A stretch of 64,000 nt of DNA from an uncultured cyanobacterium (GCA_963710605.1 CAVQBA010000004.1:96001-160000); one strand, 5' to 3'; numbered from the stretch's first letter, positions 42,529-52,494 are shown. The notes: generated by a model from the sequence alone, not told the origin. Made by a program: numbers and translations.

Positions 42529-42700
42529 AGGTAGGGCTGTTTCATGTCTTATTTTTGTAATTTCTACAATGCCAGAAATAGCAGTAAATTTAGCCGTTTT
42601 AATGCGACTAAATCGCTCGATTCGAGTAGTAATAGCTTCTAGCTATTTATTGTGAGCAGATAGCTATTTTCTTCTTCCTTTGAATGAAACAGCCCTGCCT
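42529..42700. mobile_element. MITE-like element, 172 bp, 17-bp terminal inverted repeats
   Basis: AGGTAGGGCTGTTTCAT ... ATGAAACAGCCCTGCCT (1 mismatch). No ORF. It interrupts a TCCCCTAACCCCCTT...AAGTGGGA REP-like unit. Confidence 0.7.
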
Positions 42701-42811
42701 TTATTAAGTGGGAAATATCACAAATATAATGTTTTAAGTAACTCGTTTCTTGCTATATCTTCGGAAAATTAGCTTTAATTCTTCTATTTAATTAACTTTT
42801 ATGAGTAAAAT

Positions 42812-43819
42812 TTGAAAATGAAAACTTCAGAAATATCTAAATCCCCACTGATTTTAGTTGCTCCTTTTTTCTTTTTAGCAACGGCAATGGTGGTAATGAA
42901 GTCACTGATTCCTGATACAACACCATTATTTCTGGCTTCTTTTCGCTTGATTCCCGCTGGGCTTTTAATCATTTTGTTAGCCGTTATCTTAAAAATTCCT
43001 CAACCCAAAGGCTGGAAAGCATGGCTCTGGATTTTACTTTTTGCACTCATTGATGGAGCAATGTTCCAAAGTTTTCTAACTACAGGGTTAGTCCACACAG
43101 GTGCTGGAGTAGGTGCTGTCTTAATTGATGCCCAACCTTTAGTAGTAGCTATATTAGCAAGGTTAATCTTCCGTGAAAAAATAGGTATATGGGGATGGAT
43201 AGGCTTAACAATTGGTTTAGTTGGTATTTGTTTGTGTGGTTTACCAACTTTATGGATTGAAAATTTCTTACAAGGTAATGGTATTCCTTTTGCGAATGGT
43301 AGTTTTTCTTTGGAAAATATTTTACAAAGTGGTGAGTTGTTGATGCTTTTAGCGGCATTATCGATGTCTTTTGGGACTATTATCATCAGAGTAGTACAAA
43401 AATATGTAGATCCAGTTGTAGCAACAGGATGGCATCTATTTTTAGGCGGAATCCCTGTTTTGATATTATCTTTTCTGTGGGAATCAAATCAATGGCAAAA
43501 TCTTTCAGGGCAAGAATGGTTAGGAATAAGTTACGCCACAGTATTTGGTACGGCTGTCACTTATGGACTATTCTTTTTTCTAGCGGCTAATGGAAATTTA
43601 ACTAGTGTTAGTGCTTTAATCTTTTTGACACCAGTTTTTGCACTATTATTTAGTACTATTTTTTTACAAGAAGAATTAACTAAATATCAATGGATAGGAG
43701 TATCGATTGCTTTGTTTAGTATTCTTATTGTTAATCAAAGAACTCAAATCGAAGAATATATTGCTAAATCTTTCTCTAAATCAGAAGAGGCAACAGTGAA
43801 ATCAGAAAAATCGAGTTAA
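42812..43819 (+). CDS. DMT/EamA family transporter
   Basis: Ten TM segments in two EamA repeats, including PLFLASFRLIPAG and LIDAQPL. Confidence 0.9.
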   Translation: MKMKTSEISKSPLILVAPFFFLATAMVVMKSLIPDTTPLFLASFRLIPAGLLIILLAVILKIPQPKGWKAWLWILLFALIDGAMFQSFLTTGLVHTGAGVGAVLIDAQPLVVAILARLIFREKIGIWGWIGLTIGLVGICLCGLPTLWIENFLQGNGIPFANGSFSLENILQSGELLMLLAALSMSFGTIIIRVVQKYVDPVVATGWHLFLGGIPVLILSFLWESNQWQNLSGQEWLGISYATVFGTAVTYGLFFFLAANGNLTSVSALIFLTPVFALLFSTIFLQEELTKYQWIGVSIALFSILIVNQRTQIEEYIAKSFSKSEEATVKSEKSS

Positions 43820-44059
43820 GCGTAAGGTTATTTCTGGTCAAAAATATACCAATGGTGCTTTACTACTTATACTTAAGATTTGTAAAAATTATAATTATAA
43901 TTGAGACGATTTGATGATATTTTCTTTCAGTTTAATTTATTAAACGTTATCTGTTAGCCTTGCCAATTCATACCCAAGGCGGGTTTTATCTTCTTATTTG
44001 CACTGTTTTTATACTGTCTCAAATTTAACCTAAACAACTATACTTATAAGTTTTTTTAA

Positions 44060-44152
44060 AAACCCCCCTCTCCTCGCAGGAGCGGTCAGACCCCGCGTCG
44101 GCGTAAGACGCAAGGGAACGCTGACCAAGACAGAGGGGTTGGGGGTGAGGTT
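44060..44152. repeat. GC-rich nested REP-like palindrome
   Basis: AACCCCCCTCTC...AGAGGGGTTGGGGGTGAGG enclosing a GGTCAG...GCGTC..GACGC...CTGACC hairpin. Confidence 0.55.
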
Positions 44153-44198
44153 AAATTAAAGGTAAGAAGACAACCCTTGTAAAGTTTGCACCAATTAA

Positions 44199-45452
44199 CT
44201 AGGCTCGATCGAGTTCGAGAAAAGTCTGCAACAAGACATTAGCACCTTGAGTACATTGCTCAGGGGTTGTATATTCATCAACCGAATGACTAATTCCTGC
44301 TTCACTAGGCACAAAAATCATTCCCATATCAGCAAAACGCCCTATTTCTTGAGCATCATGCCCTGCACGACTAGGTAAGTGGGTATAACTTAACTCCATT
44401 TGAGTACATACTTGAGCGATAATATCCATAACTAAAGGTTTTGCCAGGGTAGGCAGAATATGCAATGTGGTGGACATTCTGATTTGGGTATTAGTTTTAA
44501 TCGCTATTCGATCGAACTCATTTTTCATTTCTTGCATCAAAAAATCGAGGTGATTTTGAGATAAATCTCTTAAATCGATCGATAAATTAACTTTCTCGGG
44601 TACTGTATTGACAGTATTAGGAGAAACCTCTAAGTATCCAACTGTTGCCACTTGCTCACCTTCAATTTCTGTTGCTAAACGATTTACTGCAACTACAACA
44701 TGAGATGCCGCCACCAGAGCATCTTTACGACAATCCATCTTCGTTGTACCAGCGTGGTTAGCACGTCCTTTAACTTCTACTGCAAAACGATATTGCCCTA
44801 CAACACCTTGAACTACACCAATTTGTTTATTTTCGTCTTCTAAAATTCCTCCTTGTTCAACGTGCAATTCAACAAAAGTAGCAATTTCTGCTGATTGCCG
44901 ATATGCTTCTTTAATCTTTGACCAATCTCCGCCAATTAGTTCTAAACAATTTTCGATCGATCGCCCATCTTTACGTCGGTAAATTTCTGATTCATCAACA
45001 ACATTACCTGCCATTGCTTTAGAGCCGATTACACTAGATTCTTCATCAGTAAAAACGATAACTTCGATCGGATGATTAAGCCTCATCTTATTTTCACAAA
45101 GAGTGCGAACAACTTCAATTCCGGCTAATACTCCTAAAGTTCCATCAAATTTACCTGCAATACAAACAGTGTCAATATGAGAACCTGTTGCTAAAGCACC
45201 TTTATTGGGATTCGTACCTCTATAAGTACCAATGATATTACCCGCCGCATCAATACGGACGGACATACCCGCTTCTTTCATCCACGATTGTACTAATTGA
45301 CGAGCTAGTAAATCTTCGGGGCTAAATGCTACCCGACTGACTCCACCGTTAGTTAGTTTGCCTATTTCAGCTAATTGAGCAATAGAACGGTTAAGACGTT
45401 CTCCATTAATTCTGAGACTCGAAATGTTTTTGGTAATAGTAGGAACAGACAT
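44199..45452 (-). CDS. Zn-dependent M20 amidohydrolase (allantoate amidohydrolase / N-carbamoylase family)
   Basis: GSHIDTV, DGTLGVLAG, DEE, ELHVEQG, ANHAGTT, AGHDAQ and GISHS motifs. Confidence 0.9.
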   Translation of the reverse strand: MSVPTITKNISSLRINGERLNRSIAQLAEIGKLTNGGVSRVAFSPEDLLARQLVQSWMKEAGMSVRIDAAGNIIGTYRGTNPNKGALATGSHIDTVCIAGKFDGTLGVLAGIEVVRTLCENKMRLNHPIEVIVFTDEESSVIGSKAMAGNVVDESEIYRRKDGRSIENCLELIGGDWSKIKEAYRQSAEIATFVELHVEQGGILEDENKQIGVVQGVVGQYRFAVEVKGRANHAGTTKMDCRKDALVAASHVVVAVNRLATEIEGEQVATVGYLEVSPNTVNTVPEKVNLSIDLRDLSQNHLDFLMQEMKNEFDRIAIKTNTQIRMSTTLHILPTLAKPLVMDIIAQVCTQMELSYTHLPSRAGHDAQEIGRFADMGMIFVPSEAGISHSVDEYTTPEQCTQGANVLLQTFLELDRA

Positions 45453-46192
45453 AATTATTTTTCTAGATACAATTTACACTCGCCTGTTAAATCAAGATTA
45501 TAGAGGGTGATTTTTACTTTTACTTCTGCTAACTAGACATTTGATTAGTTAATGCTTTCCTTCGCCAGAATAAATCCACAAGGATTTCGATTTTACTCTC
45601 ACGGTATGCCCTACCACCGAAAGATTTAGAACTTTATTATTTAATTTTTTGCTGACTTTACAATTCAATGCTATAACCTGCTATACCGATCGCCATTAAA
45701 TTCTCTAGAGGCGATATTTGTCCAGAAATATTCAGGTTAGAGAAGTCGCTTTCTTAAATATGTTACGTATATTACTGCTACTTCAATTTAGCATATTTAT
45801 CCTAAAAATTAGTGCATTGGTCCTGCCATAATAACTTTAGCGATTGCATCTGTGACTGCTTGAGAATCTTCTTGTTTTAATTGTTGATACCATTTTTTTT
45901 ATGACTTTTTAATAAATTACTTCTACGAAACTATATTTTGAATGAAATAAATGACTAGACAAAATTAATTATAGATTGTATTTTCTGTTCAAATTGATAA
46001 TAATAATGATACGATAAAGAGTCTAAAGCCTTTGTACAGATACAATTTATTCTGTTTATGTACTTAAACCCAAGATTTTCAATTTGCCATTATTATCGTC
46101 AGTTGACTATGTACTGTATGCCAAAAAACTGGGAAATGATTGTATCAACACAGATCATTTTTAATAAATAGACAAGAAGGAGAATAATAATT

Positions 46193-46888
46193 TTGACTAT
46201 ATCATCCCATTTTGTACAACGAAATCAATCTTTACAAGAACAAACCTATCAAGCAATCCGTACTGCTATTTTGACGGGGGAACTTGCTCCTGGAGAACGT
46301 TTAGTAGAAACTAAACTATCCAAAAAGTTACAAGTTAGTAGAACTCCGATTAGAGAAGCATTACATCAATTAAAACAGCAAGATTTAGTTGTTTCCCGCA
46401 GAAATAATATTTTACAAGTGGCAGAATTTTCGATACAAGATGCTATTCAATTATATGATTGCCGTCTAGCTTTAGAAAAATTATCAGTCACTCAAGCTTG
46501 TAGTCAAATAAGTTCTAAGCAATTAAAAAAACTCGAGCAAATATTAAATCAATCGGCAAAATTGAGTAAAGCATCTTCTTCGCCATTAAAAGATTTTCAA
46601 ATGCTTGATTTAGATTGTCGTTTTCACCGCTTATTAGCAGAAAGTTCGGGAAATTTATGGTTAGGATCGCTGTTAGACCAAGTTTTCGATAAAATGACTT
46701 TAATTCGAGTACATACTTTACAACAAAATAGCCAAGTGCTTAATATCAATAGTGAACATCAACAAATCTATGATTCTCTTGCAAAAGGTAATCTTGAGCA
46801 AGCCTCGATCGCTATTACTACACACTTAAGCTCAGCTAAAACTAGAGTCATTACGCAGATGCAACAACAAAAAATGCAAAAGCCATAA
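46193..46888 (+). CDS. GntR family (FCD/FadR) transcriptional regulator
   Basis: GERLVE..LS..LQVSRTPIREAL wHTH and FCD motifs D..FH and EH..I. GAAGGAG RBS before the TTG start. Confidence 0.92.
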   Translation: MTISSHFVQRNQSLQEQTYQAIRTAILTGELAPGERLVETKLSKKLQVSRTPIREALHQLKQQDLVVSRRNNILQVAEFSIQDAIQLYDCRLALEKLSVTQACSQISSKQLKKLEQILNQSAKLSKASSSPLKDFQMLDLDCRFHRLLAESSGNLWLGSLLDQVFDKMTLIRVHTLQQNSQVLNINSEHQQIYDSLAKGNLEQASIAITTHLSSAKTRVITQMQQQKMQKP

Positions 46889-47060
46889 CTAGGCATTCAG
46901 ACGATCGACTTACTTTATTAATACAGGTTTTACACAAATTGTTTTGTATTTTTATGTTTAACTACTATTATTAGAAGTCGATCGCATTTATACACATCAT
47001 TTGAAATTCTCGTAACTTTCAATAATCTTAACTCATGCTCATTGCTCAATAGTAAGTTTG

Positions 47061-48104
47061 TCAATTATTGACAAGATGAGAAAGCTGTTGACTATCAAAA
47101 TCTACTTCCTTTTGATGTTGCTTAATCAAAGAAGCTATTTTTTGACGAATCAAAATACCCGGCTTATCGGTTATCATATGTTGCTCTTTACTATTTTTCA
47201 TAGATAAAGGTACATCGTAATCAGTACTCTCTAAGATAAGTTTATCTTCTAAAGTTACAGCTCGATTGAAAGCTATCACATCTTCAGTAGCTGTATCAGC
47301 TTCAGTATCGTTACGCAAACAAAACTGTACCATTTGCGAGACACCATCACTAATCGGAGTCATAGTATTAACAATAATATGTACTAAACCGTTAGCATAA
47401 TTAATTCTCAATTTGACAGTGAAAGGGGCAAACCAATAACCATCAATACTACGATCGGTTTGAGTATCCTCCATTTTGAGATTTTGTTGTTGCTGCTCAT
47501 TATTTGTTACTCCCAAAACACTTTTATAATAAAGTCCCCATTCGAGATCTTCAAATTCCATTACATTAGGAGTCAAATGTTCATCACTACCAAAAGTATT
47601 AGTATGAACAAAAGCAGGATGTGCCATATCTAACTCATTTTCCATCACTCGTAATCCCGCACAATTCCAAGTTTCGTAAAATTCGGGGATTAAGCGGTAA
47701 TTTGAATCATCAGCTTCGGTAATAGTTGGTATTTCGGTTAATGGCTCTTCTAATGATACCCAAGCATAACCATAACGCTCAACACAATAATAAGATTTCA
47801 CCTTATAACTATCAGAAATAGCTTTTTCTGGAGCTTGAGGCACACAGACGCATTTACCATCTTTATCGAATTGCCAACCGTGATAACTACAGGCTAAATT
47901 ACCATCAACAATTTTTCCTAATGACAATTTAGCAGTCCGATGACAACATCTATCTTCAACGGCACAAGGCTCTTTTTTTGAATTTAACCAAAGCACAATC
48001 GGTTGTTCTAATAGCACAAAAGATTGAGGTTTTTCTTGGAGATTTGCTATCGGCATTACAGGATACCAAAAACGTTTGAAAAGTGGTTCTTGAGTGACTA
48101 ACAT
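47061..48104 (-). CDS. Rieske non-heme iron oxygenase alpha subunit (HpxD-like candidate)
   Basis: Rieske CCHR...CSYHGW, mononuclear Fe motif NELDMAHPAFVH and distal ED..ILE. Confidence 0.88.
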   Translation of the reverse strand: MLVTQEPLFKRFWYPVMPIANLQEKPQSFVLLEQPIVLWLNSKKEPCAVEDRCCHRTAKLSLGKIVDGNLACSYHGWQFDKDGKCVCVPQAPEKAISDSYKVKSYYCVERYGYAWVSLEEPLTEIPTITEADDSNYRLIPEFYETWNCAGLRVMENELDMAHPAFVHTNTFGSDEHLTPNVMEFEDLEWGLYYKSVLGVTNNEQQQQNLKMEDTQTDRSIDGYWFAPFTVKLRINYANGLVHIIVNTMTPISDGVSQMVQFCLRNDTEADTATEDVIAFNRAVTLEDKLILESTDYDVPLSMKNSKEQHMITDKPGILIRQKIASLIKQHQKEVDFDSQQLSHLVNN

Positions 48105-48216
48105 AATATTTAGATATAAAAATTTAGATTAAAATTTAATTACTATTTTGGTTGAAATACTAAGTAAGCTCAGAATTTAATACCGTAGCCTATAATAAAG
48201 TTATTTTGTTTTAACT

Positions 48217-48579
48217 TTAACTACCTCGATAAGTACTATAAGACCAAGGCGAAGCTAGTAAAGGGACATGATAATGAGCGTTTATATCCGCTATCCCAAA
48301 ACGTAGAGGAATAGAGTCTAAAAATAATGGTAATGGTAAATTATCTATATGTGCAGTGAAATAACTTCCCATGAAAAAAACTAATTCATAAACACCAGTT
48401 TTTAGATTATTTTCTTCTAATAAAGGTTCGTCGGTACGTCCATCTTGATTAGTTTTAATCGTTTTAATTAAAGTCTTCTCTTTTGAGTTTTCTTCTATGT
48501 ACCATAATTCAATGGAAACATTCTCAGCAGGACAACCTCTAGCAGTATCTAAAACATGAGTTGTTAATTTTCCAGACAT
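48217..48579 (-). CDS. uraH: 5-hydroxyisourate hydrolase (transthyretin-like)
   Basis: LTTHVLD, TNQDGR and HYHVPLLASPWSYSTYRGS motifs. Confidence 0.96.
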   Translation of the reverse strand: MSGKLTTHVLDTARGCPAENVSIELWYIEENSKEKTLIKTIKTNQDGRTDEPLLEENNLKTGVYELVFFMGSYFTAHIDNLPLPLFLDSIPLRFGIADINAHYHVPLLASPWSYSTYRGS

Positions 48580-48707
48580 TTATCAATTTTCCTTTCCATC
48601 ATTTAATGTTTTCTTTTGAGTTTATCAAACACTTTAATGTAGTAATATACACTCTCAATTGGTTTAAACTTTACTTTAATTTCTTTTATATTTAGCTTAA
48701 AAACTAT

Positions 48708-48722
48708 TGTATACTGTATACC
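48708..48722. promoter_or_regulatory. Putative GntR operator upstream of uraH-Rieske
   Basis: TGTATACTGTATACC palindromic core about 130 bp upstream of uraH. Confidence 0.65.
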
Positions 48723-49251
48723 ATTAATTATAAATAAATAAAAGTGTTAGATGATACCAAAGACTAAAAAAGAAGAAAAAAACTGGCTCAACACAATATT
48801 TATTAATTACTCATAAATAATCCCAATAGTCCTTTCACTTTTTTCAAGATTATTACGAATATATTTTGAGACTTAATTTGATCTAATTTAATTACCGCAA
48901 TATACAACTATGAGTTGAAACTATCAAAAAATTATCATCGAATTTAAACTCAATTTTTTGGGTGGTGATTGTTTTGATTTAAAAAAAGGAAAAGCTATCA
49001 TTTTTCAATATATCTTTACAGATTAAATCCCCATACGATCGATTTACAAATAAGATTGTGCTTCTAATTTTAGAATACCGTCTAATAATTCAAAACAAAA
49101 TTTTTTAAATTTATCGACGGATGTTTGCACAAAAATAAAAATCCGTTCATTACGTTTTCAATCTACTTTAGTTAACGTATTAACAGTAGTAGATCGAAAA
49201 CAATCTGAAGCTTAAAAAGAATTGAAATAAATGTTTTAAGCAATCAGTTCA

Positions 49252-49602
49252 CTAAGATTTTTGATTATTTTTATTTTGCTCAGATTGAAACTTAGTTTGT
49301 TGATCTTCTTGAAAAACTTGATTGTTTTTATTTTGCTCAGATTGAAACTGAGCTTGCTGTTTTGGAGTTTGCTGAGAAGTCTGAGTTTGTTGTGATTCTT
49401 GTTGTTGATATTCTTGATCTACACCAAGGTACTGTGGCTGAATATTATTTTTTTGTTGTAAAGATTGTTGATCTTGCTGAGTGTACGGATTAGTTTGGTT
49501 ATTAGCCGAATAATCATAATCTGCGGCATTAGCAGGGGTAACAATTAATGTTGTTACTGTAAATAAAAAAGCGATCGACGCTAAAACAAATTTACGAATC
49601 AT
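49252..49602 (-). CDS. Small secreted Gln-rich protein
   Basis: AAGGAGG RBS, signal peptide ending PANA and a repeated FQSEQNKNNQ. Confidence 0.75.
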   Translation of the reverse strand: MIRKFVLASIAFLFTVTTLIVTPANAADYDYSANNQTNPYTQQDQQSLQQKNNIQPQYLGVDQEYQQQESQQTQTSQQTPKQQAQFQSEQNKNNQVFQEDQQTKFQSEQNKNNQKS

Positions 49603-49994
49603 GTGGAAAAAACCTCCTTTATTGTTAACTATTTTTAATGTTGATTTTCTAACTCTTGAAGTTAGTGTTTTTTCAACTTACTCTTACTATAGTATCACTT
49701 TTTAATAGTAAGCAAATAATAGTTTTGTTAGAAAAAATACTACTTGACAAAATGCTTAATAAAGGAGTGATTCTTTGTAGCTGTAAAAACTTAGGAATAA
49801 CTCAAAAAAAAGTGATAATAATTCAAGGTTTTTGACAAAATTTTCGAGACAAAACTAAGTAATTTGTTTAATTTCCTTAAGAGCTTGTTTTGTCTCTTTT
49901 TGTTTACTATTTTGGAGTCTTGAGGTGAAGGCATCTAAAATACAAAAAGCTTTTAGTTCATTTGATTTAATACTGTTAAGGTAATGATTATGGC

Positions 49995-50906
49995 TTAATT
50001 TTTCTCTAAATGATTTTTATACCAATGGTGGGCAATATCAACCCTTTTGCATAACCAAACCGAATCATGTTGTTGAACATAGTCTAAAAATCTTGCAAGT
50101 GCAGTTGCCCTTCCAGCTCTACCCGACAAACGACAATGTAAACCAATACTCATCATTTTAGGAGCAGTTTCACCTTCAGAGTACAACATATCAAAAGCAT
50201 CTCGTAAATAAGCAAAAAATTGATCTCCTGAATTAAAACCCTGAGGAGTGGCAAACCGCATATCATTATTATCAAGGGTATAAGGAATAACTAAATGAGG
50301 TTTTCCGTAATCATGAACCCAATAAGGAAGATCGTCAGCGTAACTATCTGAGTCATAAAGAAAACCACCTTCTTCTACTACTAATTTACGGGTATAAGGA
50401 CTGTTACGCCCTGTGTACCACCCTTGAGGACGACTTCCTGTCATTTGAGTGTGAATAGCGATCGCTTTTTGTAAATGTTTTTGTTCTTCGGCTTCACTAA
50501 AATAACTATAGTCAATCCAGCGATAACCATGACTAGCAATCTCCCAGTTTGCTTCAATCATAGCGGCAACCGCTTCAGGATTACGTTCTAAAGCCATAGC
50601 TATTCCATAAACTGTTACAGGAATATTTCTTTGAGTAAATAAACGATGTAATCGCCAAAAACCCGATCGAGAGCCATATTCATAGCAAGACTCCATATTC
50701 ATGTGTCGTAAACCTTTAAATGGAGTTGCCCCCACAATCTCCGAGAGAAAAGCTTCTGAAGACTCATCCCCATGTAAAACGCAATTTTCTCCTCCTTCTT
50801 CATAATTAATCACGAATTGCACAGCAATACGAGCATCGTTTAACCATTTAGGGTGAGGAGGATTTTGCCCATAACCGATCATGTCTCTGGGATAAGATAA
50901 TGACAT
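49995..50906 (-). CDS. puuE: Allantoinase PuuE (polysaccharide deacetylase fold)
   Basis: YPRDMIGYG, NYEEGGENCVLHGD, ESCYEYGSRSGFWRL, HGYRW, PYTLDNNDMRF and GLHCR motifs. Confidence 0.95.
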   Translation of the reverse strand: MSLSYPRDMIGYGQNPPHPKWLNDARIAVQFVINYEEGGENCVLHGDESSEAFLSEIVGATPFKGLRHMNMESCYEYGSRSGFWRLHRLFTQRNIPVTVYGIAMALERNPEAVAAMIEANWEIASHGYRWIDYSYFSEAEEQKHLQKAIAIHTQMTGSRPQGWYTGRNSPYTRKLVVEEGGFLYDSDSYADDLPYWVHDYGKPHLVIPYTLDNNDMRFATPQGFNSGDQFFAYLRDAFDMLYSEGETAPKMMSIGLHCRLSGRAGRATALARFLDYVQQHDSVWLCKRVDIAHHWYKNHLEKN

Positions 50907-51200
50907 TAGCTACTAATAACTATTTTTAATTAATTTTTACCTATGTATGGAACAAAAATTTTGAAAACCTGATTATTTCATCATCAACTAAAAATGCTGA
51001 AATTTTTTTAGTCTAAACTTTTACTTAATTTAAAGTTATTTTTTGTCCTGTCGCCGAGAATTTTTACTTTAAATAAAAAAAGATTTACTCAAGTAAAATT
51101 GTAACCGTGAATTTAAATACTGGATTTAGAGTATTTTCAACAATAATTTATTTACCCTTTTTAGTAATTACCTTCCCCAATTTTGTTTTAAATTAGGGGG

Positions 51201-51608
51201 CTATATGTTAGAAGCACTATTTTTTAGTGTTTTTTGATATGCCACCCAGCCACCCAAATTGGAAATATCTGGAAAATTATATTTTTTGATTAACTCTTCT
51301 GGATATAAAAAAGCGGTTAAAGTTTCCCCATCTTGCAAATAAATATCGGCTGGATACATATCGGGGGGTTCATTCTTTGCTAGGTAGTTGAATTGTTCAT
51401 CTGTTAATTCATATACTTCCCCTGGGATGGAAATACCATTATCTTCGCTAATTTCGTATATAGCAGGATGCCAACCGTCTTTCGCCGAGTGAAGACGATA
51501 CCGAGATTCAGTTTGTGCTTCTCTGATAAATTTAGCAGATTGCAAATTTTGATGATCGGGTTGTCCTCTCAAAGCCGAACCACAAATAAAAACACGCTTC
51601 ATAGTCAC
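51201..51608 (-). CDS. Gamma-glutamylcyclotransferase-like protein (allophanate hydrolase C-terminal-like)
   Basis: VFICGSALRGQPDH, IPGEVY, EP and DIS..GGW..Y motifs. Confidence 0.8.
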   Translation of the reverse strand: MTMKRVFICGSALRGQPDHQNLQSAKFIREAQTESRYRLHSAKDGWHPAIYEISEDNGISIPGEVYELTDEQFNYLAKNEPPDMYPADIYLQDGETLTAFLYPEELIKKYNFPDISNLGGWVAYQKTLKNSASNI

Positions 51609-51630
51609 ATTTTATGATTAATTTTTTGAT

Positions 51631-51646
51631 CGCATACAGTATACAG
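51631..51646. promoter_or_regulatory. Putative GntR operator upstream of the GGCT-like gene
   Basis: CGCATACAGTATACAG, 1 mismatch to the core, about 25 bp upstream of the start. Confidence 0.6.
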
Positions 51647-51988
51647 TTTATCAAGACAAATTAATAATGTAAAGTAAATTTATATTCTAAACAGGGAAAA
51701 AGCATATTCGATCGAAATTATTCCAATCCTTATAATCTTCTTGAGTAAACCTCTAATTATCGAAAATTAAATAGACTTTGTTAACGATGGGTAATATCAA
51801 GTCTATTTTAGCCTTTTTTCAAAATTATCTAATCTTTTTAATTTTATCTGAAGCTTGCTTATATATTTTATGATCTAGTTTTCTGTTGACCTTTCTCTTA
51901 ATAGATAACCCGTAAACACAGGAAAACTATCAAGCAACAAACTGAGGCGAAGCGTCAAAGTTCTAAAGAAAAGAAAAGGCAAAATATT

Positions 51989-52016
51989 AAAAACCCCGCC
52001 TCTGAAAAAACGGGGT
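51989..52016 (-). terminator. Intrinsic terminator after ORF 52030..52251
   Basis: Minus strand ACCCCGTTTTT-TC-AGAGGCGGGGT followed by TTTT. Confidence 0.65.
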
Positions 52017-52029
52017 AGTTTATAAATAC

Positions 52030-52251
52030 TTATTTATACTTAACAGATGAATTAGTGCGTGAATTTAAATAATAATTCAAAGGATAATGATTATAGATCT
52101 TAGTTGAATCTTCTTTTCGTGTAACCATTTCTGTTGGTTGATCTTTATCTGTTACCCATTTCCAGTCGTTAATGTCAAAATAAACGTTGGCGAGAAATGT
52201 CTTCGATGATTGACAGACGTTTATTATTTTCGAGCTTAAATTAATAATCAT
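52030..52251 (-). CDS. 73-aa small protein of unknown function
   Basis: AGGAGG RBS, extended -10-like TGCTATATT upstream and a terminator downstream. Many differences from the duplicate copy are synonymous. Confidence 0.65.
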   Translation of the reverse strand: MIINLSSKIINVCQSSKTFLANVYFDINDWKWVTDKDQPTEMVTRKEDSTKIYNHYPLNYYLNSRTNSSVKYK

Positions 52252-52330
52252 ACTATAACCTCCTGTTTTGTATCAATTTATACTTTTTATCTTTTTAATA
52301 TAGCATAGTTTAAAATAAATGTGCATCAAT

Positions 52331-52494
52331 CAGAAGAGTGAGTGCCTGAGTTCAAATAATAATTCAAAGGATAATAATTACAGATCTCGGTTGAATCTTC
52401 TTTTCGTGTAACCATTTCTGCTGGTTGCTCTTTATCTGTTACCCATTTCCAATCGTTAATGTCAAAATAAACATTTGCGAGAAATGTCTTCGAT
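52331..52494 (-). repeat. 164-bp imperfect direct repeat of 52044..52207 (start-less gene copy)
   Basis: Ungapped manual alignment with about 15 mismatches. Confidence 0.9.

Noticed and set aside
45810-45900. Minus-strand fragment KWYQQLKQEDSQAVTDAIAKVIMAGPMH as a toxin remnant
   Set aside because: Vague resemblance to HigB/Gp49-like N-termini, but no start codon and too short to support.
36806-51646. GTATACWGTATAC as NtcA sites
   Set aside because: Spacing is GTA-N7-TAC rather than N8, and the internal bases are conserved, which fits a different regulator.
52044-52494. 164-bp repeat pair as a diversity-generating retroelement TR/VR
   Set aside because: Mismatches are not adenine-specific on either strand, many are synonymous, and no reverse transcriptase is present in the window.
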